NCBI GenBank assembly: GCA_001643675.2
Contig: LSRY02000038.1
Location: 978,077-1,042,076 of the forward strand
Length of the DNA stretch: 64,000 nucleotides
Direction of reading: 5' to 3'
DNA from: Monocercomonoides exilis PA203
Taxonomy: Eukaryota; Protista; Preaxostyla
Position numbers and translations under genes: made by a program. Each line of letters opens with the position of its first letter. Position 1 is the first letter of the stretch. This document shows, piece by piece, positions 1 through 14,081 of this stretch. The notes beneath the pieces are model-generated. The model ran no database searches. It was given only the letters and a program-made list of their open reading frames with translations, and had not been told where the DNA came from.

Positions 1-232
1 TTTATTATTATTATTATTATTATTATTTTGATTTTTTTTTTTAAAAAAAACATTTCTGCAAAAAAAAAAAAAAAATAAGTGCTTTTATATGAAAAACAGT
101 TTGTGAAAATAAAGCACACAAATTACAAAGTAATATTTCAAGTTAGAGAGATTAATATAGGAAAGACAAACCATTATGCCTGTTTCACAGTTTATTGTTG
201 GAATATTATAATAATGGATTTGATCAATACCT

Positions 233-2891
233 ATGGGGAAAGAAAAGGAGCATAAAGACAAAGTTAATGAAAAAGAGCTTAAGAGAAAGAAGATAATTAA
301 AGTATATAATATTTATAGCGGAAAAGCTAGTTAATAATTGTGTTTTTTTATGCTAGAAAGCTCAAACGTATGCAATGTGCAAAAAACTTGTTAGAATAAC
401 AAAAGACAAAGAAATGACCAAGGATAATTATAGTGTGTTTTTACTTTTCGTTTTGCAAATTTCATTTATATTAATTACAGTCTCCCTTGGAAAATCAGTC
501 GAAAAACTTGGAGCAGGAACTGGAACAGCTTGTTATTTCTCGTTAATGGTGTGTACAGCGTTTTTTTTAAATAAAAAATTTTGCAAAACATTAGAAACAT
601 ATGGCAGCAATTTTCGGATTGTGCACAATTACAGCTGCTGTTACAATGTATTTATGTACTGAATTTTCTGCCTTTAACCCTGATGCAACAGACTTTTTGC
701 TTTGGTTTACGCCCGGAAATATTTTAAATGCTCGATGGGAGGAAACCTTGGATCATTCAAAAGTCAAGTATGTTCATTTTTCCGAATGAAAAATTTTACA
801 CATTAAAACAACAAATTTTGATTTATCAGATATATTTTAATCCCAGAGCTAATTTTTTGCGTTTTATTTTTCTTTGGAGTGAAGTGCATGCGATCTAACC
901 TGAAGGCTGTGGAGGATAAAGCAGATAATGAATTTTTATCTGCCGGAGATTATGGAATGCTTGTCGAAGGTCTGCCTCGGGATCTGAAAGACGCAAAAGA
1001 AGTTGCAGATCATTTTTCAAGCCTCGACGCAAAGGTGCACTCAGTGCTTCTTTGCTACAATGTTCAAGAATGTGGGCCAAATCAGGAGCAATTAGATCAG
1101 GCTGTTGAAGGAGTGTGTCTTTTTTTTCTACTGACAAATTCATTATCTGACAAACTGTTTCATTTTCTTTTCTTTTATTTGTTAAACACTTCATTTCTGT
1201 TATTTTTTTTTTTTTTTTTGATTTGATTGAAAATATTTAAATTTTTATTTATTCATTTATTTATTTATATTATATTATATTATATTATATATATTTACTT
1301 GTTCACTAGTTTCACACAGCAGAGCGAGCCGAAGACACGTCCACTGCGAACATTACTCATTTTGCGACGCATTATTTGACAGCCGATGAGCGAGTGGTGG
1401 ATTTCTCGTCACACGAAGGCGAGGAGAAGCAGAGCGGGTGCTTAGACAAGCTGATGAGGACGTTTGGGTTCAAGAAGGATCCAGGTGTGGATGAAGAAGA
1501 GGTGAGAAGAGTGAGAGACAAAGAGAGAAAGAGAGGAGGAGAAGGAAGCAAGAGATGATGGAATTATTATTATAATTATTATTTTTTAACTATACTTTTT
1601 TAGAATAAATTTATATGAATGAAAGAGTGACTAGAGATTATGACTTTTTGAAGTGAATATTTGTGCAAAATTCTTTTGTATTTGCATTTTTCAACTAATC
1701 TTTTTCTGTTTTCTTGTTTGTTCGAATAATTTAATAATCATATTTATGTCAATTTATTAATTAATAAATTTATTTATTTCTTTTCAATTATATATCCCAT
1801 TTTTTTATTATAATCTTATTTATCGATTCACCCCCCAACCCTCTTTCCCCTTCCATTCAGTTGCATATCGCAACAAGATTCTGAAGTTGCTGAAGAAGAG
1901 AGACAAAATGACTAATCCATATGACAAGCCATCGACAGGCATAGCGTTTGTGCTGTTTGAATACTCAAGAGACATGAAGAGGATTGCCTATGAATATTCA
2001 TCACAGTCTAAGTTCAATATATTTGGAACACTGACGTCACAGCCGGATAGATTGTATGGAGAGGAGAAGGAGAAGAATAGAGAAAAAAAGAAAAAAGGAA
2101 AGAGAAAGAGAAAGAGAAAGAGAAAGAGAAAGAGAAAGAGAGAAAAGAGAGAAAAGAGAGAAAAGAGAGAAAATGTCGTTTGTATAATTGGATTTTATTG
2201 ATAAATATCCTTTTTTGTTGTATTACTCAAAGGGAAGAAATTAAGAGAGCAAATGAAATGTGAAAGAGATTAAATATTTTTTCCGATTATTTTTTTGAAA
2301 TAACTGTGATCCTTTCATTCGTATTTTTGGATATATTTTATTAATTTATTAATTTGTTTATTTCCACAATTAATCAACAAACAACATATTATCCATCTCT
2401 TTCTTTTTCTTCCTTCTTCTTCTTCTTTTTCTCCTCCTCCTCCACCTCCACCTCCACCACCTCCTTCTTCTTCTTTTTCAGCAAATTCAATGGAGAGAAC
2501 CTTCTTCGAGTGCAGTCGTGTGTTGAGCCAAGTGACATCAAGTTCAACAACTTGGGAAAATCTTCCACTGAAGTCAGACTCCGCACACTTCTGATGGATT
2601 TCATTGCATTGGTGTGTTTATTTTTGTTTTTTGTTTTTTTTTTTTTTTTTATTTTAAGTTGAAGGGGGCGGGATATGAGAGAGGAGAAGAGGAGAAGAGG
2701 AGAAGAGGAGAAGAGGAGAAGAGGAGAAGAGGAGAAGAGGAGAAGAGGAGAAGAAGAAATACATGTATATGTATATAAATTTGTACAAAGTGAACGATTA
2801 TTATTTTTATTATAATTATTTTTATTTTTGATTTACTATTTTCTTTCAAACAATTAACCCAATTTTATTTTTTTCTCATACATCCTTTTCT

Positions 2892-2926
<35 letters not shown>

Positions 2927-5203
2927 CCTCATCAGATCTTCATTGTCATCGGTGTTGTCATCCCCTACTTCTTCAACGATCTCAAGACCAAAAACAACGA
3001 CCTTATTCTCTCTCTCGCCCTCTCTCTCATTGTGACAGTGCTCTCCACAATCATCACGATGACTGTGAAGAACCTCGGCCCATTCACCAAAATGCGCACA
3101 CAAACGCTTCTTGTCTCTTCATCCATCTTTCGCATCTGGATCGCTGATTTCCTCATGGGCGTGTTTGCCACGTGGCTGTTCTCCATCATCAACTCACAGA
3201 AAGTGGCATATCAGCCGCAGATGCCCGAGACCCGCTCAGGCTACTTCATGAGCTACAGATGGTTCGAAGAGGTGGCAATCAACTTGCTCATGGTGATTGT
3301 GGTAGATGTGGCAAAGGTGTCGATCATGCAGTTCACACAGATTGTGGGGAGGGTGATGAGGCTGCCGTATATCATCTGGGCAGACAGCTTCACTCAGCAC
3401 GAGGTGAACTCAGCGTTTGAGCCGCCAAACTGGCCGTTGGAGATTCGGATGGCGCATATGATCAAGACGGTGTTTGTGGGCATGATGATATCTCCCTTCA
3501 TGCCAATTGTCATGCCATTCCTCGCCATCTACTTCGCTCTCCAGTTCTGGATTGACAAGTACAACCTGCTGAGATGGTTCAGAGCACCTGCACAGTATTC
3601 GTTTGACATGATTCTGACTGTCTGCAACTACATCGAGTATGCCATCCACATCCACTGCATGTCAACCATCGTGTCGTATGTGCTCTTGTCATACAACAGC
3701 AACCCCGAAGACAACGATTTCGAGACATATTGGTTTGGGTATGTGTTTGGCTTCTGCTATGCAGCATTTATCTTGTGGAGGGTGGGGATGTGGCTGTACT
3801 GGGGTTACAAGAGAGGGTTCATTGTGAAGAACAAAGCACAAAAGGACGATGATTTAGATGAGACATACGGGATGGAGTTTACAAGATATGAAGATGCCTT
3901 GCAGTGCTATATTGATCTTCATCCTTGCTATAATCAACCAGAAATACACACAACCACTGCACAGGAAGGATATGACACATCTCCCAAGTTAGAATACCAA
4001 TATTACTCATATTACGGGGCTAGAACACATGTGCGTCCAATAAAGAAGAAGCTGCCGTGCTTAACGGCAACGAATGCAGATCAATTTGTGGATGAAGACA
4101 AGAAGGAGCAGGTGAAGAGGGATATGATGACACAGAAGCAGAGAGACAAACTGGATGGGAAATCAGGTTGGAGCTTCAACTGGTTTGGGATTGCAGCTGA
4201 TGATGATGATGATGACGACGACGACGATGATGATGGCAGTGGAGGAGGTGGAAGGAGAGGTCCAGTGTATGGCTGTGCAGATGCTGTGTTGTGGAGTGCC
4301 GAGCCAGCCGCAGCAGACGACGGGCGCTTTGTGATTGGGCTGGACTCATACGCTGTTGAATACCCTGCTCCCCCTGCTGCCCCTGCTATGCCAGGTGTGG
4401 GTGGAGATGGTGGGCCTTGCTATATGGCTGAATCATCATCATCTTCTTCTTCCTCTTCTGTATCATATGCTGCTGAGTCTTCTTCCTCATCATCTTCTTC
4501 CTCATCTGCAATAGCAGAGCCTTCCTTCCCCACTGCCCAGCAGTCTCAGCCCATTGCCCTGGCTGACCCTGTCTATCCAACCTCCCCTGCCGATCCTTCC
4601 CTTCAGCAACAATACCCAACTGCCCCTTCAAACAGAAGGATATCTCCTCCTCCCTCTTCAAATATGGCTGCTGCTCCTGGCTCTTCCAATCCAATCTACC
4701 ATTCTCCTCCTCCGATGCCTATGGCTGCTGAACCAGCGTATCCCAATCCTCATCAGCATTCGATGTCTTCTGCAGGGACAGCTGCATATTCAGCAGTGCC
4801 ATCCCCTGCCACATACCCAACTGAACCGCCTCCAATAAACCCATCTGCCCCTGTCTCTTCTGCTCCTTCTTATCCGACTGCCCCTGCTGCCCCAGCTGAG
4901 CCAACGGTATATCCAGTGCAACCTGCTCATCATGCTGTCCCTCCTCCTCCGCCAAGGCACCACCATCACCACAACTCATCCCAGCCTTATACTCAGCCTG
5001 CACCTTATATGCAGCAGACGCCGTATGGCCAGCCACAAATGATGGGGACGGGGATGAGGAATGATCGCTATCCTTCTCCACCTCCAATGGGCAGTCAGAG
5101 GATGACTCCACCACCAGCACCGTATTCGCAGCCGGCGTATATGCAGAGTGGAGGAGGGAGTGGAGGTGCAGGTGGAGAGCAGATGCCGTCTTATATGAGA
5201 TAA
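233..5203 (+). CDS. Multi-exon OSCA/TMEM63 (CSC1/RSN1-like) calcium-permeable channel with long Pro/Ser-rich C-terminal tail; 5' end uncertain
   Basis: Exon pieces carry family motifs: DYGMLVEGLP (879 ORF), TGIAFVLFE (1887 ORF), EPSDIKFNNLG (2354 ORF) and multi-TM SPFMPIVMPFLAIYFALQFWIDKYNLLRWFRAP (3032 ORF). Pieces are separated by AT-rich GT..AG introns. Stop TAA at 5201-5203. Start codon not firmly located. Confidence 0.8.
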
Positions 5204-7050
5204 AGAAGAAGAGAGAAGAGAGGAAGATGAAGATGAAGAGGAGGAGGAGGAGAAGAAGGATAGAGGAAGATAGAAAAAAAAAAAATAGAAGAAAGAAAGA
5301 TGAATAGCATTAATTGTTATGATATATTCCATTTCTTCATATCTTCTCTTCTCCATGACCATCTTCATCAACTAAAATTTGAGTTCAGACTGAAAATTTA
5401 ATAAATTGAATGTTTAATTGTAAATTGCTTAGAAACAACAAAATCGACGTTTTCAAAAGTGTTGTCATTGAATTCTTTCTTTTGATCAATTTTTCTTTTC
5501 TTTTTCTTTTTCTCTTTTTTCTTTTAAGAGTCATTCAGAACATAACTGATGATGTGGCAGTTACGATGAGATTTTCTTTGTATTTCTTAACTTTGCTTAA
5601 TTTTTACTTAATTTTTTTTTTGAACTTTGCTAAACTTTGCTCTAAATGAGTCTGTGTAAAATGCTCTTTCAGGTGTATTTTTTTCTTTTTTTGGAGTTTA
5701 AACATCAATTTCTTCTCAAAGTTGCTATCAATTGATATCGCAGAACTAAAAATGTGTGTTTTATTTATATCTTTGACCTCATTTTCTAAAGATAAAGACA
5801 GTTTTTTCTTTCCTAACTAAATTTCTTTCTTTCTTTTCTTAATTTCTTTTGAAAATTGTAATGTTTTGGTTAACTTTAACTTCTTTTTATTTATTTATTA
5901 ATTTTATTTTTTATTCTGCTGTTCAAAATTTCTAACGGAGCATATGTTTCCTTTTATTTATTTTCTTTTCTTTTCATTCATCACATTGAATTACAGTTTT
6001 AATTATTTCTTTTCTTTTCTTTTTTCATTGTTGCCTTTTTATTGTTGGTTGCCTCGTAAATGTTTGTGAAGAGGGAGAAAGAGAAAGAGAAATGGAATGT
6101 TGTTCGCAATTAGGTAGAGCGAATGTGTTGCATATGAAGAGTCAATAATTGCTTCTTATTGTTATTGTTATTTGTCATTCAATACCACAAAGGTGTATTT
6201 TAAATTAGAAGTTTTTTTAGATGTGATTAGCTTGTTTCTTTTATTGTTCTTAATCATTTTTCATATCAGAATTGGTTGATTTTGACTCTCGTTGAACGTT
6301 AGATGCGATTGCTGAACATCATTTCTTTCGCTTTCCTTCCCTTTTATTCTTAGGGAGAAGTGTAGTTTCATTTATTTTTCATATTTTTCCAGTTTATTTA
6401 ATTTCATTTTTCATTTTTTTCAAACTGCGATTTCACATTTCTTCAAGAATGATGACTCATATTTTATTCTATTTTCTTCAGTTTCATTTATCACAATTGT
6501 GTTGATTGTGAATTGCCAAGGAAAAAACAACAGAAATTAAAAATTTTTATAAATTATCCAATTGGAAAAAAGTGGATTCAAAGAAAAGAAACACTATCAA
6601 GTTTTTGTTTATTTTATTTTCATTAAAAGAATGATTGAAGCTTTTCTTTTTGAATTTTCAATTCTTTGAATGTTTGGCTTAAAATCAAAGAAACAAGTTA
6701 TTTCATTTTTCACATTAATTTGAACTTAAATTATTTGAAAATTCATTTGAATAAGAACTATCTTTTCATTTCATTTTATGAGACACTCTTCTTTTTTTCA
6801 CTTATCTCGATTGAATATCATCAGTATTATTTATTGATGGCTAACTGAAAAGACATGAACTTCTTTCTTCACTTTCAGTTTTTTCTCAAAAAGAGAACTA
6901 CCCATCTCAACATTAATTTGTTAATATTACAAAGAAAACACTCGAGAAACATGGAAAACACAACTACTGTTTCAAAAGTCATTTCAAGCATAGCTAAAAA
7001 ACAAACAACAGAAATCAACAAAAAGGATTATAAATATGAACTATTTTCTT

Positions 7051-8192
7051 TCAAAATTTCACAAACAGAGCCGATCCAGGAAAATCAGGAAGTTTCAGTT
7101 CGTGTCTCTCTTGAAGATATCTGACAATTGCATTCATTAAAAAGAGTTGAGATATACAAAGAAAGAAAGAAAAGGATTTTAGTTTGAATTGATAATTAAA
7201 AAGATAGGGGAAAATTCCAAATGTTTCATTGAAAAATCATGAAACAAGGGAATAGTATTAATTAATAATGAAAATTCAAATAAAAGACGAACAAATACAT
7301 ACTCTGGAACGAAGTGTCCTCCCAGATAATGATGCCCTTTGAAGAACGAAGCACACAACTTTGGGGCTGAAAGGGAAATAAGAACTTCGGGATTTATCCC
7401 TTCGCCTGCTTCATCTCCTTTCTCTACATCCCATCCAGAGGGAATATCAATTGACATGATTGGCTTTCCACATTTCTTCATTGCTTCAATGATTGAAGCA
7501 AACTGTGGGTTTGCCGGCGGGTGAAATGAATGACCAAAAATTCCATCCTTTGCATAGAAAAATATATTTATAATTTGAAAAATCAAGAGGAAACAAAGAT
7601 AGATATAAAATTTTTAAAAATGTGATTCAAACTAAAATAAGATCAGCTTTGCTAAATGCATCAACCATTATGTCAAAAGAATCATATGAAGCAATGATAG
7701 GAATATGGAGCATTTCCATCTGCTTGACGAGATTTTGCAACAATTGAGATTTTCCTGGCTTTGGTAAAAATATCTGAACATTTTTCTTCATGAAATGAAG
7801 GTGCCTTGCTGCTACAAGCCCATCTCCTCCATTATCTTTTTATTAATAATTCGAAACAATGAAGATGAATTGATGAACGAATTAATAAATAAATGAAAAG
7901 CAAACTCCCCGGACCGCAGATGACAATAACACTTTTGCAATCAGTAAAATGAGAATATGCAACATGTGCTACACTTTGACCAGCAAGTTCCATTAATTGG
8001 TCAACAGTATACTAATTTTAATTTGCAGTATTAAATAAAATCAACGATTTATTGAAATGATTGAAAACAATACACACAGAACATTCTGTGAAATATGCCT
8101 CATCTGTGGTGAAAGAATAAAAATAATTAAACGAAAAAGGAAATAAACAAACCAAGAGCTATTGCTTCTTTTTGAGAAAGGAATTTTGTCAT
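7051..8192 (-). CDS. NAXE: NAD(P)H-hydrate epimerase (YjeF-N / AIBP), multi-exon
   Basis: Spliced reading: MTKFLSQKEAIAL..QLMELAGQSVA..VICGPG.NGGDGLVAARHL..DGIFGHSF..SIDIPSGWDVEKGD..LISLSAPKLCA..HYLGGHFVP..LKLPDFPGSALFVKF*. These are canonical YjeF-N motifs. ATG at 8190-8192, TGA at 7051-7053. Confidence 0.93.
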
Positions 8193-8279
8193 TTTTGTTT
8201 GGATCAAATACACCACCATTTGATTTTCAATTTTTTGTTTTTATTACTGTTAATTGATTGAAAGAGATTCAAAAAATTT
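8193..8279. promoter_or_regulatory. Putative compact bidirectional promoter between NAXE and METTL13
   Basis: Head-to-head ATGs at 8192 (-) and 8280 (+) are only 87 bp apart. Depends on the inferred METTL13 start. Confidence 0.45.
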
Positions 8280-11200
8280 ATGCAAACTAACTTCTATACC
8301 GATTCTTTAACTTTATGGGAAAAAACTTTTTTTGCTCCTACACAGCTTGAATCGTTTGTATTTCAGACAATTATAAGTTAATTATCTTCTGTGATGTTAA
8401 AAAATTATTTTCCTTAAGAACATTTATTAATTCGATATTTCATTATTGTGTTCGACCTGCAATAAATGATGCATCTGATCCTTTTCTTGTTTTAGCTGAA
8501 AAACGTTCTACATTAACTCAGTACTTATTATCAGATGAAAAAATTGCAGCAATTGAATCAAATAATTTGACTGAACTTTTACAGCAATCAAAAACTTTCA
8601 ATACTGTTTTTGATTTAATTATTACAACAATTAAAGATAAGCATGATTCTGATTTTGAGAATTCTCATTTCAATAATTCTTTGTCGTTGATTTGCGAACA
8701 AGGGAAATATGCCACGTGCTTTTCATTTTCAATATCACTTCTCGTTGACCTTCTTCGCACTTTTATGAAGAGAAAATTTGATATTTCAATCACTCTTTCT
8801 TCAGTTTCACCTTCATACTGCACGCTATCTTCTTTCTTGCCAATGATAGGAAAATTGAAGCAGGGCGATCCATTTGTTGTGTTTATTGCAACCAAGCCTA
8901 CAAATTGCAGAGCTGATGACGCACAATCAGATCAATCTAAAAGCGGGCTTTCAGAAAATGCTCATTCTGTTACAATACAGCTGTTCTCATCGGTATCGTT
9001 TCCTGTGTCCAACACATTCCTTTATTCTGATGCTTCAGAAGATCAACGAGAATCTGTTAGCTCTTCATCCACATCTACATCAACATCTCCATCGGCATCA
9101 ACATCATCGCGTCCAACAATTCCTATGCTTCTCCCTTTTCTGATTGATATCATAGAAGACTACCAATGGTCATATCTCTTCCCTTCTTCTTCATTCCTTC
9201 ACAAATTGCCTGTTTCTTCCTCTTCTTCTCACATCACATATCCTGTTTTTGTCTCTTCACTTCGCAGAAATCTGAACAAACAGCGTCTTTTTGTGATTCC
9301 CTCGTTCCGAGTGCCTCCTTCGGGGCTTCTTTTGGAGCCGCGCTTCTATTTCCACGTGGTCGATGCTCCGAAATCGTATTTCGATTTGCCGGCATCAAAT
9401 TCTCGCTCGAGGAAAAATGATGGGAAAATAAGTCAAATGTTTCCAGCAGCTGCTGTTATTGTCCCGAGAGGAAGAGAAAATGACTGGTTGTTTGCATCAG
9501 ATGAGGTATGTTTGAGTGGAAATGAATGTTTATTGAGAATTAAATGAATATTGTTGTGCTTTAATGATTATTTGATAGATTTGCATTTAGTCCTTATTTT
9601 TTTAGTTTAAACATTAAAAACACCTTTTTCACTCCCTTTCTTTTTTTCTTCCCCTCCTCCCCTTTTCCCTCAATCACTTTCTTTTCCCTCCTAATTATTA
9701 TTCATTTCATTCCACTTTCTTTCCTTTTCCAGGGTCGTCTCACCATTGTCAAGCAAGCTCGTTCTGAACGAACAATTTTTGTGTTCCACAACAACAACCA
9801 TTCTTATCCTCCTTTTGATGAGCTGCAAAGTGAGGTTTGATTATTTGGAAGAATAAAAATAAATATGTTTTTTTTTCCCCTCCCAATTTTGTTATAATTC
9901 CTTTTAAAGAAAGGCGATTTCAAAATTATGAGAGGGAATATTTTGTGATTATTTTTTGCTTTTCTTTTGTTTTTGTAAAATGATTGGCAGTTTTTTTAAA
10001 TGAAAAATTTTAACATTTTTTGCAAATATCACTTTTCTTTCTCTCTTTCTCTTTCTCTTTCACTTTTTCTTTCTTTCCCTCTTCAGCTTTCTGCTCTTAT
10101 TCAACCTCTTCTTCCTTCTTCTGCCTCACCTGGCTCTGTCCCTTTCCTCTCCATCGCTGAAAACAAAGTGTTGCACAGAAAAGTTATCTTCACTGGATAC
10201 AGGTGTGGATTTTTTATATCTTTTAATGAATGATGAAATCGTTTTGTTTATTTCTATCTCTTTCTCTCTCTTTCTCTCTTTCTCTCTTTCTCTCTTTCTC
10301 TATTTCTTTCTTTCTCTCTCTTTTTTTATTTTCTTTAATTTTCTCTTCTCCTTCTCCTTCTCTTCTCTTCTGAAGTGAGTTGAGTGGGAAAGTGACTGTG
10401 GAAGATGTGATTGCGAACAAAGAAGACGAAGATGGTATTTGTGAGTCAGATTTGAGTGAGAAAGAGAAAGAGAGAGAAAGAAAAGAATTGCTTAGCATTT
10501 TATCTTCATTGGATACTTCATCATCATCATCATCATCATCATCTTCTTCTTTTTCTTCCTCTTCTTCTTCTTCTTCATATGAGAATATTAATCCTGTTTG
10601 TCTTCGCCAGCTCATCTTCTCTTCTACCCCTCATCTTGTTCAGAGCGAAATGAGAATCACAAACAACTTTTCTTTCGCTTCTTCTTCTTCTTCTTCTCCT
10701 TCTTCTTCCTCTTCTCCTTCTTCATCTTCCTCTTCTTTTTCTTCCTCTTTCTCTCCTTCTTATTCTCCTTCTGCTTCTTATCAACAGGCTCTTCTTGCTT
10801 CCTTTGCCTTTCTTTCTGCCTACCCAGACATTTGGCATAACTTCATATCTTCCTCTTCTGACTCAATTAAAATAGAAAATGATATTTCTTCTTCTTCTTC
10901 CTCTCCTTCTCCTTCTCCTTCTTCTCCTTCTTCCAATCCACTTCGTGTCACAATCATTGGACTTGGCGCTGGCTGCTTCGTTTCTGCCCTTTTGGCTCAT
11001 TTTGGATATCGAAAGAGAACAAATACACAAAAATCATATTTGAATGAAGAAAAAGAGAAAAAGAAAGAGAAAGAAGATGGAGAAGAGAAAGAGAAAGAGG
11101 GCGAAAAGGAAAGAGAAACAAAGCAACAATCATCAGAACATTCATCTCCACAAACACAGCTCAATACCGCAATTAATTCTTCTCCATCAGCCGCTCTAAA

Positions 11201-12305
11201 AATTCCGCGTCTCAATGTGACTGCGGTGGAAATCGATCCGCTGATGGCGGAGATTGCTACTTCCTATTTTGGCTTTGAGCCAGATGAACAGCTTTATCGG
11301 TGTGTCGTGTGTGATGGGCTGAAGTATGTGATGGAAAAGGCAAAGGAAAGAAGAGAGAGGAAGGAGAAGGAGAAGGAAGAGGAGGAGAGAGAAAAAGAGG
11401 AGAAAGGAGAAGGAGAGAAAGAGAAAGAAAAGACAGAAAAGTCAAGCAATTCTCCGAAAACCGAAAATTTCTCCGAAAATGTGATGAATTCTTCACAATC
11501 ATCATTTTCATCAGATCCGCCGAATGTGCTTATTTTGGATGTTGACTCGAAAAGTGCTGTGGCTGATGGGCAGAGCTGTCCTCCGACAGCTTTCTGCACA
11601 GAAGAATTTGTAGATGCATTGGTGTGCGAGGAGAGAGAAAGAAAAAGAAAGAAAGAAAAAGAGGGAGAAAGAGAAAAGGAGAAGGAGAAGGAGAAAGCTT
11701 TTTCTTTTTTTGCCTTTTTTTGGGATAAAATATTTTTTCTTTCTTTCTTTTAATTCATTCATTCATTCATTAATTAATTAATTTTATTTTTATTTTTGTT
11801 TTATTTATTTATTTATTTTTTATTCTCTCTTTTTCTTCCCTTTCCCCAGCACACATACATCACGTCCTCCAAGTCAATTCTTCTTGTCAACTTTGCCTGC
11901 CGCTCTTCTGCTGCCTCTGAATCCTATCTGAAGACACTCCGCACGAAATTCCCGCTGATTTATCGAATTCCTGTTTCCGGCGCAACAAATTGCATTGTGG
12001 TTGCGTTTCCAGCGCTCCCAGAATTAATTCCTTCCTCAAATTCAATAACTGCTGCTGCAGAGGAGATGAGGAAGTCGTCGTTGGGGATAAATGGAGAGGA
12101 AGGGGCAGAGGAAGGAGAAAGAGGAAGCAAAGGGAAAAGAGAGGAAGGAAGAAAGGCATTGAAAAAAAGTGAACAAAAGAAGAAAGGGAAAGGAGGGAAA
12201 ATTGAAAAAAATCAGAAAAAGTATGCCTGGTTGGCTACATATCCAGCTGGAATGGAAAAGATTGCCTTTGAATCAGTTGAAAAAGCAAAAAAAAAGAAGA
12301 GATAA
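8280..12305 (+). CDS. METTL13: eEF1A lysine/N-terminal methyltransferase (METTL13 family), multi-exon, with poly-Ser and Glu/Lys insertions
   Basis: AVIVPRGRENDWLFASDEGR..ELSALIQPLLP..VPFLSI..LSGKVTVEDV..LRQLIFSSTPHLVQSEMRI, then IIGLGAG, VTAVEIDP, CDGLKY, LILDVDSK, SCPPTAF and LLVNFACRS. This matches the METTL13 linker and C-terminal spermidine-synthase-like MTase. Start at ATG 8280 is inferred. Confidence 0.88.
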
Positions 12306-14081
12306 GCCAACTTATTTCATAGAAAAGAAAAGAAAAGAAGTGAAAAACCTAAACTATTTATTATTTAAGAAAAGATTTTTTGGTAGATTTGGAGGAATTT
12401 TTATTTATTTTTTCTCATTTTTTATTGCTTGATTAAAACATTTTCTAAAAGAAATTCATTTCAAAAAAAAAGAGAAGAATATTCAAAAATTTATTTTCCT
12501 TCTTGATGAACAAATAAAAGGCAACGGTTTGCCGAATAAATTGGCTCGCCACCATGTCCCTATGAATTGTTAATAATACAGTCATGCAATCAACATCTTT
12601 TGCATAACTCGCAATTAACCAGCTACTCCAAGAAAAAAAGGATGAACAATTTTCTTTTTGTAATTTCATAAAAATAGCTTGCTATCATCATATTTTTTGT
12701 TTACTAGCCTCATAACATTCTAAAACAGTTCGAAGAAGAAATAGTCTTTCCTTTTGACAAGAATTATCACGTTCATAACATTTTATTCTAAATAAAAACT
12801 ATCAACAATCAACAGAATTAACTGTAATGCTAAAAACAATAACAATCGATTTTTGGCACACAAGATATAAAACACTACTTATCAAAAAGATAAAATGAGA
12901 AAAATAAAAATCTTGCAGAAAAAATGAACACCCTGAACACATCCAAATTTCTTACTGAAAATTGCTCACAAAGTTGCTATAAGGCTTTGTTGAACAAATC
13001 TCAGTTAAAAAAGAACAGGATGCTTGTTATTTTCTGCTATTATTATTGTTATTTTGTGATTATAATTTTTCACTTCAAAAATCATTCAAACTTTTAACTT
13101 TTGGAGAAAAAATTGTAGAATTTCTGTAATTGAAGCAGCAAACGCATATGAAACCTAAAATACACAAATAAAAATGCAAAAGGAAATAAATGAAAGTAAT
13201 TTTGCTCATTTTACTCCTTCTGTCAAAATATCTTTGAAAGTTTAATCTTTTCTGCAAATGCTGCAATCCTCATCAAAATGCATTACGAATATTGAACCGA
13301 ACCATTTTCAAACTCCATTAAATAGAGATTGCACCATTGCTTCTGGCTGCATTGCTTTTTCCAAGAGTTTAAATAACTCTTTATTTTGTTCCCCATAAGA
13401 TTATTCTTTATTATTTCCAGATTCACACACAAAAGATTATTTAAAATGAAAAAGGCATTTCAATTGAATTTAAAATTATGCAATCAAAACAAAAAATTTT
13501 TTAAATTCTTTATTAAATATTATCAGTCAAAAATTGTGAAAATATCACTTTTAACGATCAAAAAAACGAATTGTTTCGAGATTTTTTTTAAAAATGCATT
13601 ATCATTCATCTTTTATTGTTATTCCTATGCTTCCTTTTTTAAAAAAAATTTGGCATTACAAACTAAATTGAAAAATGACGAATGAAAATCTGTGTAACGT
13701 GTGGCAAGTTTTATCTTCACGGACTTCAGCAATGAAATTCCATTTCAGTTGGTTTTCTTTTTATTTTTATCTTTTTCGTTTTTTTAATTTTTCCTTCTTT
13801 TTTTTTTTTTTTTTAAAATTTGATTCAGTTCTATTCGTAGAATATTTTTTTTTGAATTGGAAATAATTGTCCATCTTCATTGTTCCCATATATAACTTCA
13901 AAAAAGAAATTCGCTTTGTTTGCGAATCTACAAGTATTGAAAAGAAAATTTGAAAAAAATGAAATAAAAATGATGAATCTCTTCTGCATATATTTGATCT
14001 CACCCTAATAAACAATCATAGAAATCATCAAAAATTCTTTATTTGCGCATAATGAATGAAAGATGATTGCTATTTGCTTAT

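Noticed and set aside
2095-2756. (AAGAGA)n and (AGAAGAGG)n purine repeats giving KRKRKR and SSSPLLLF ORFs
   Set aside because: Intronic microsatellites within the channel gene, not coding.
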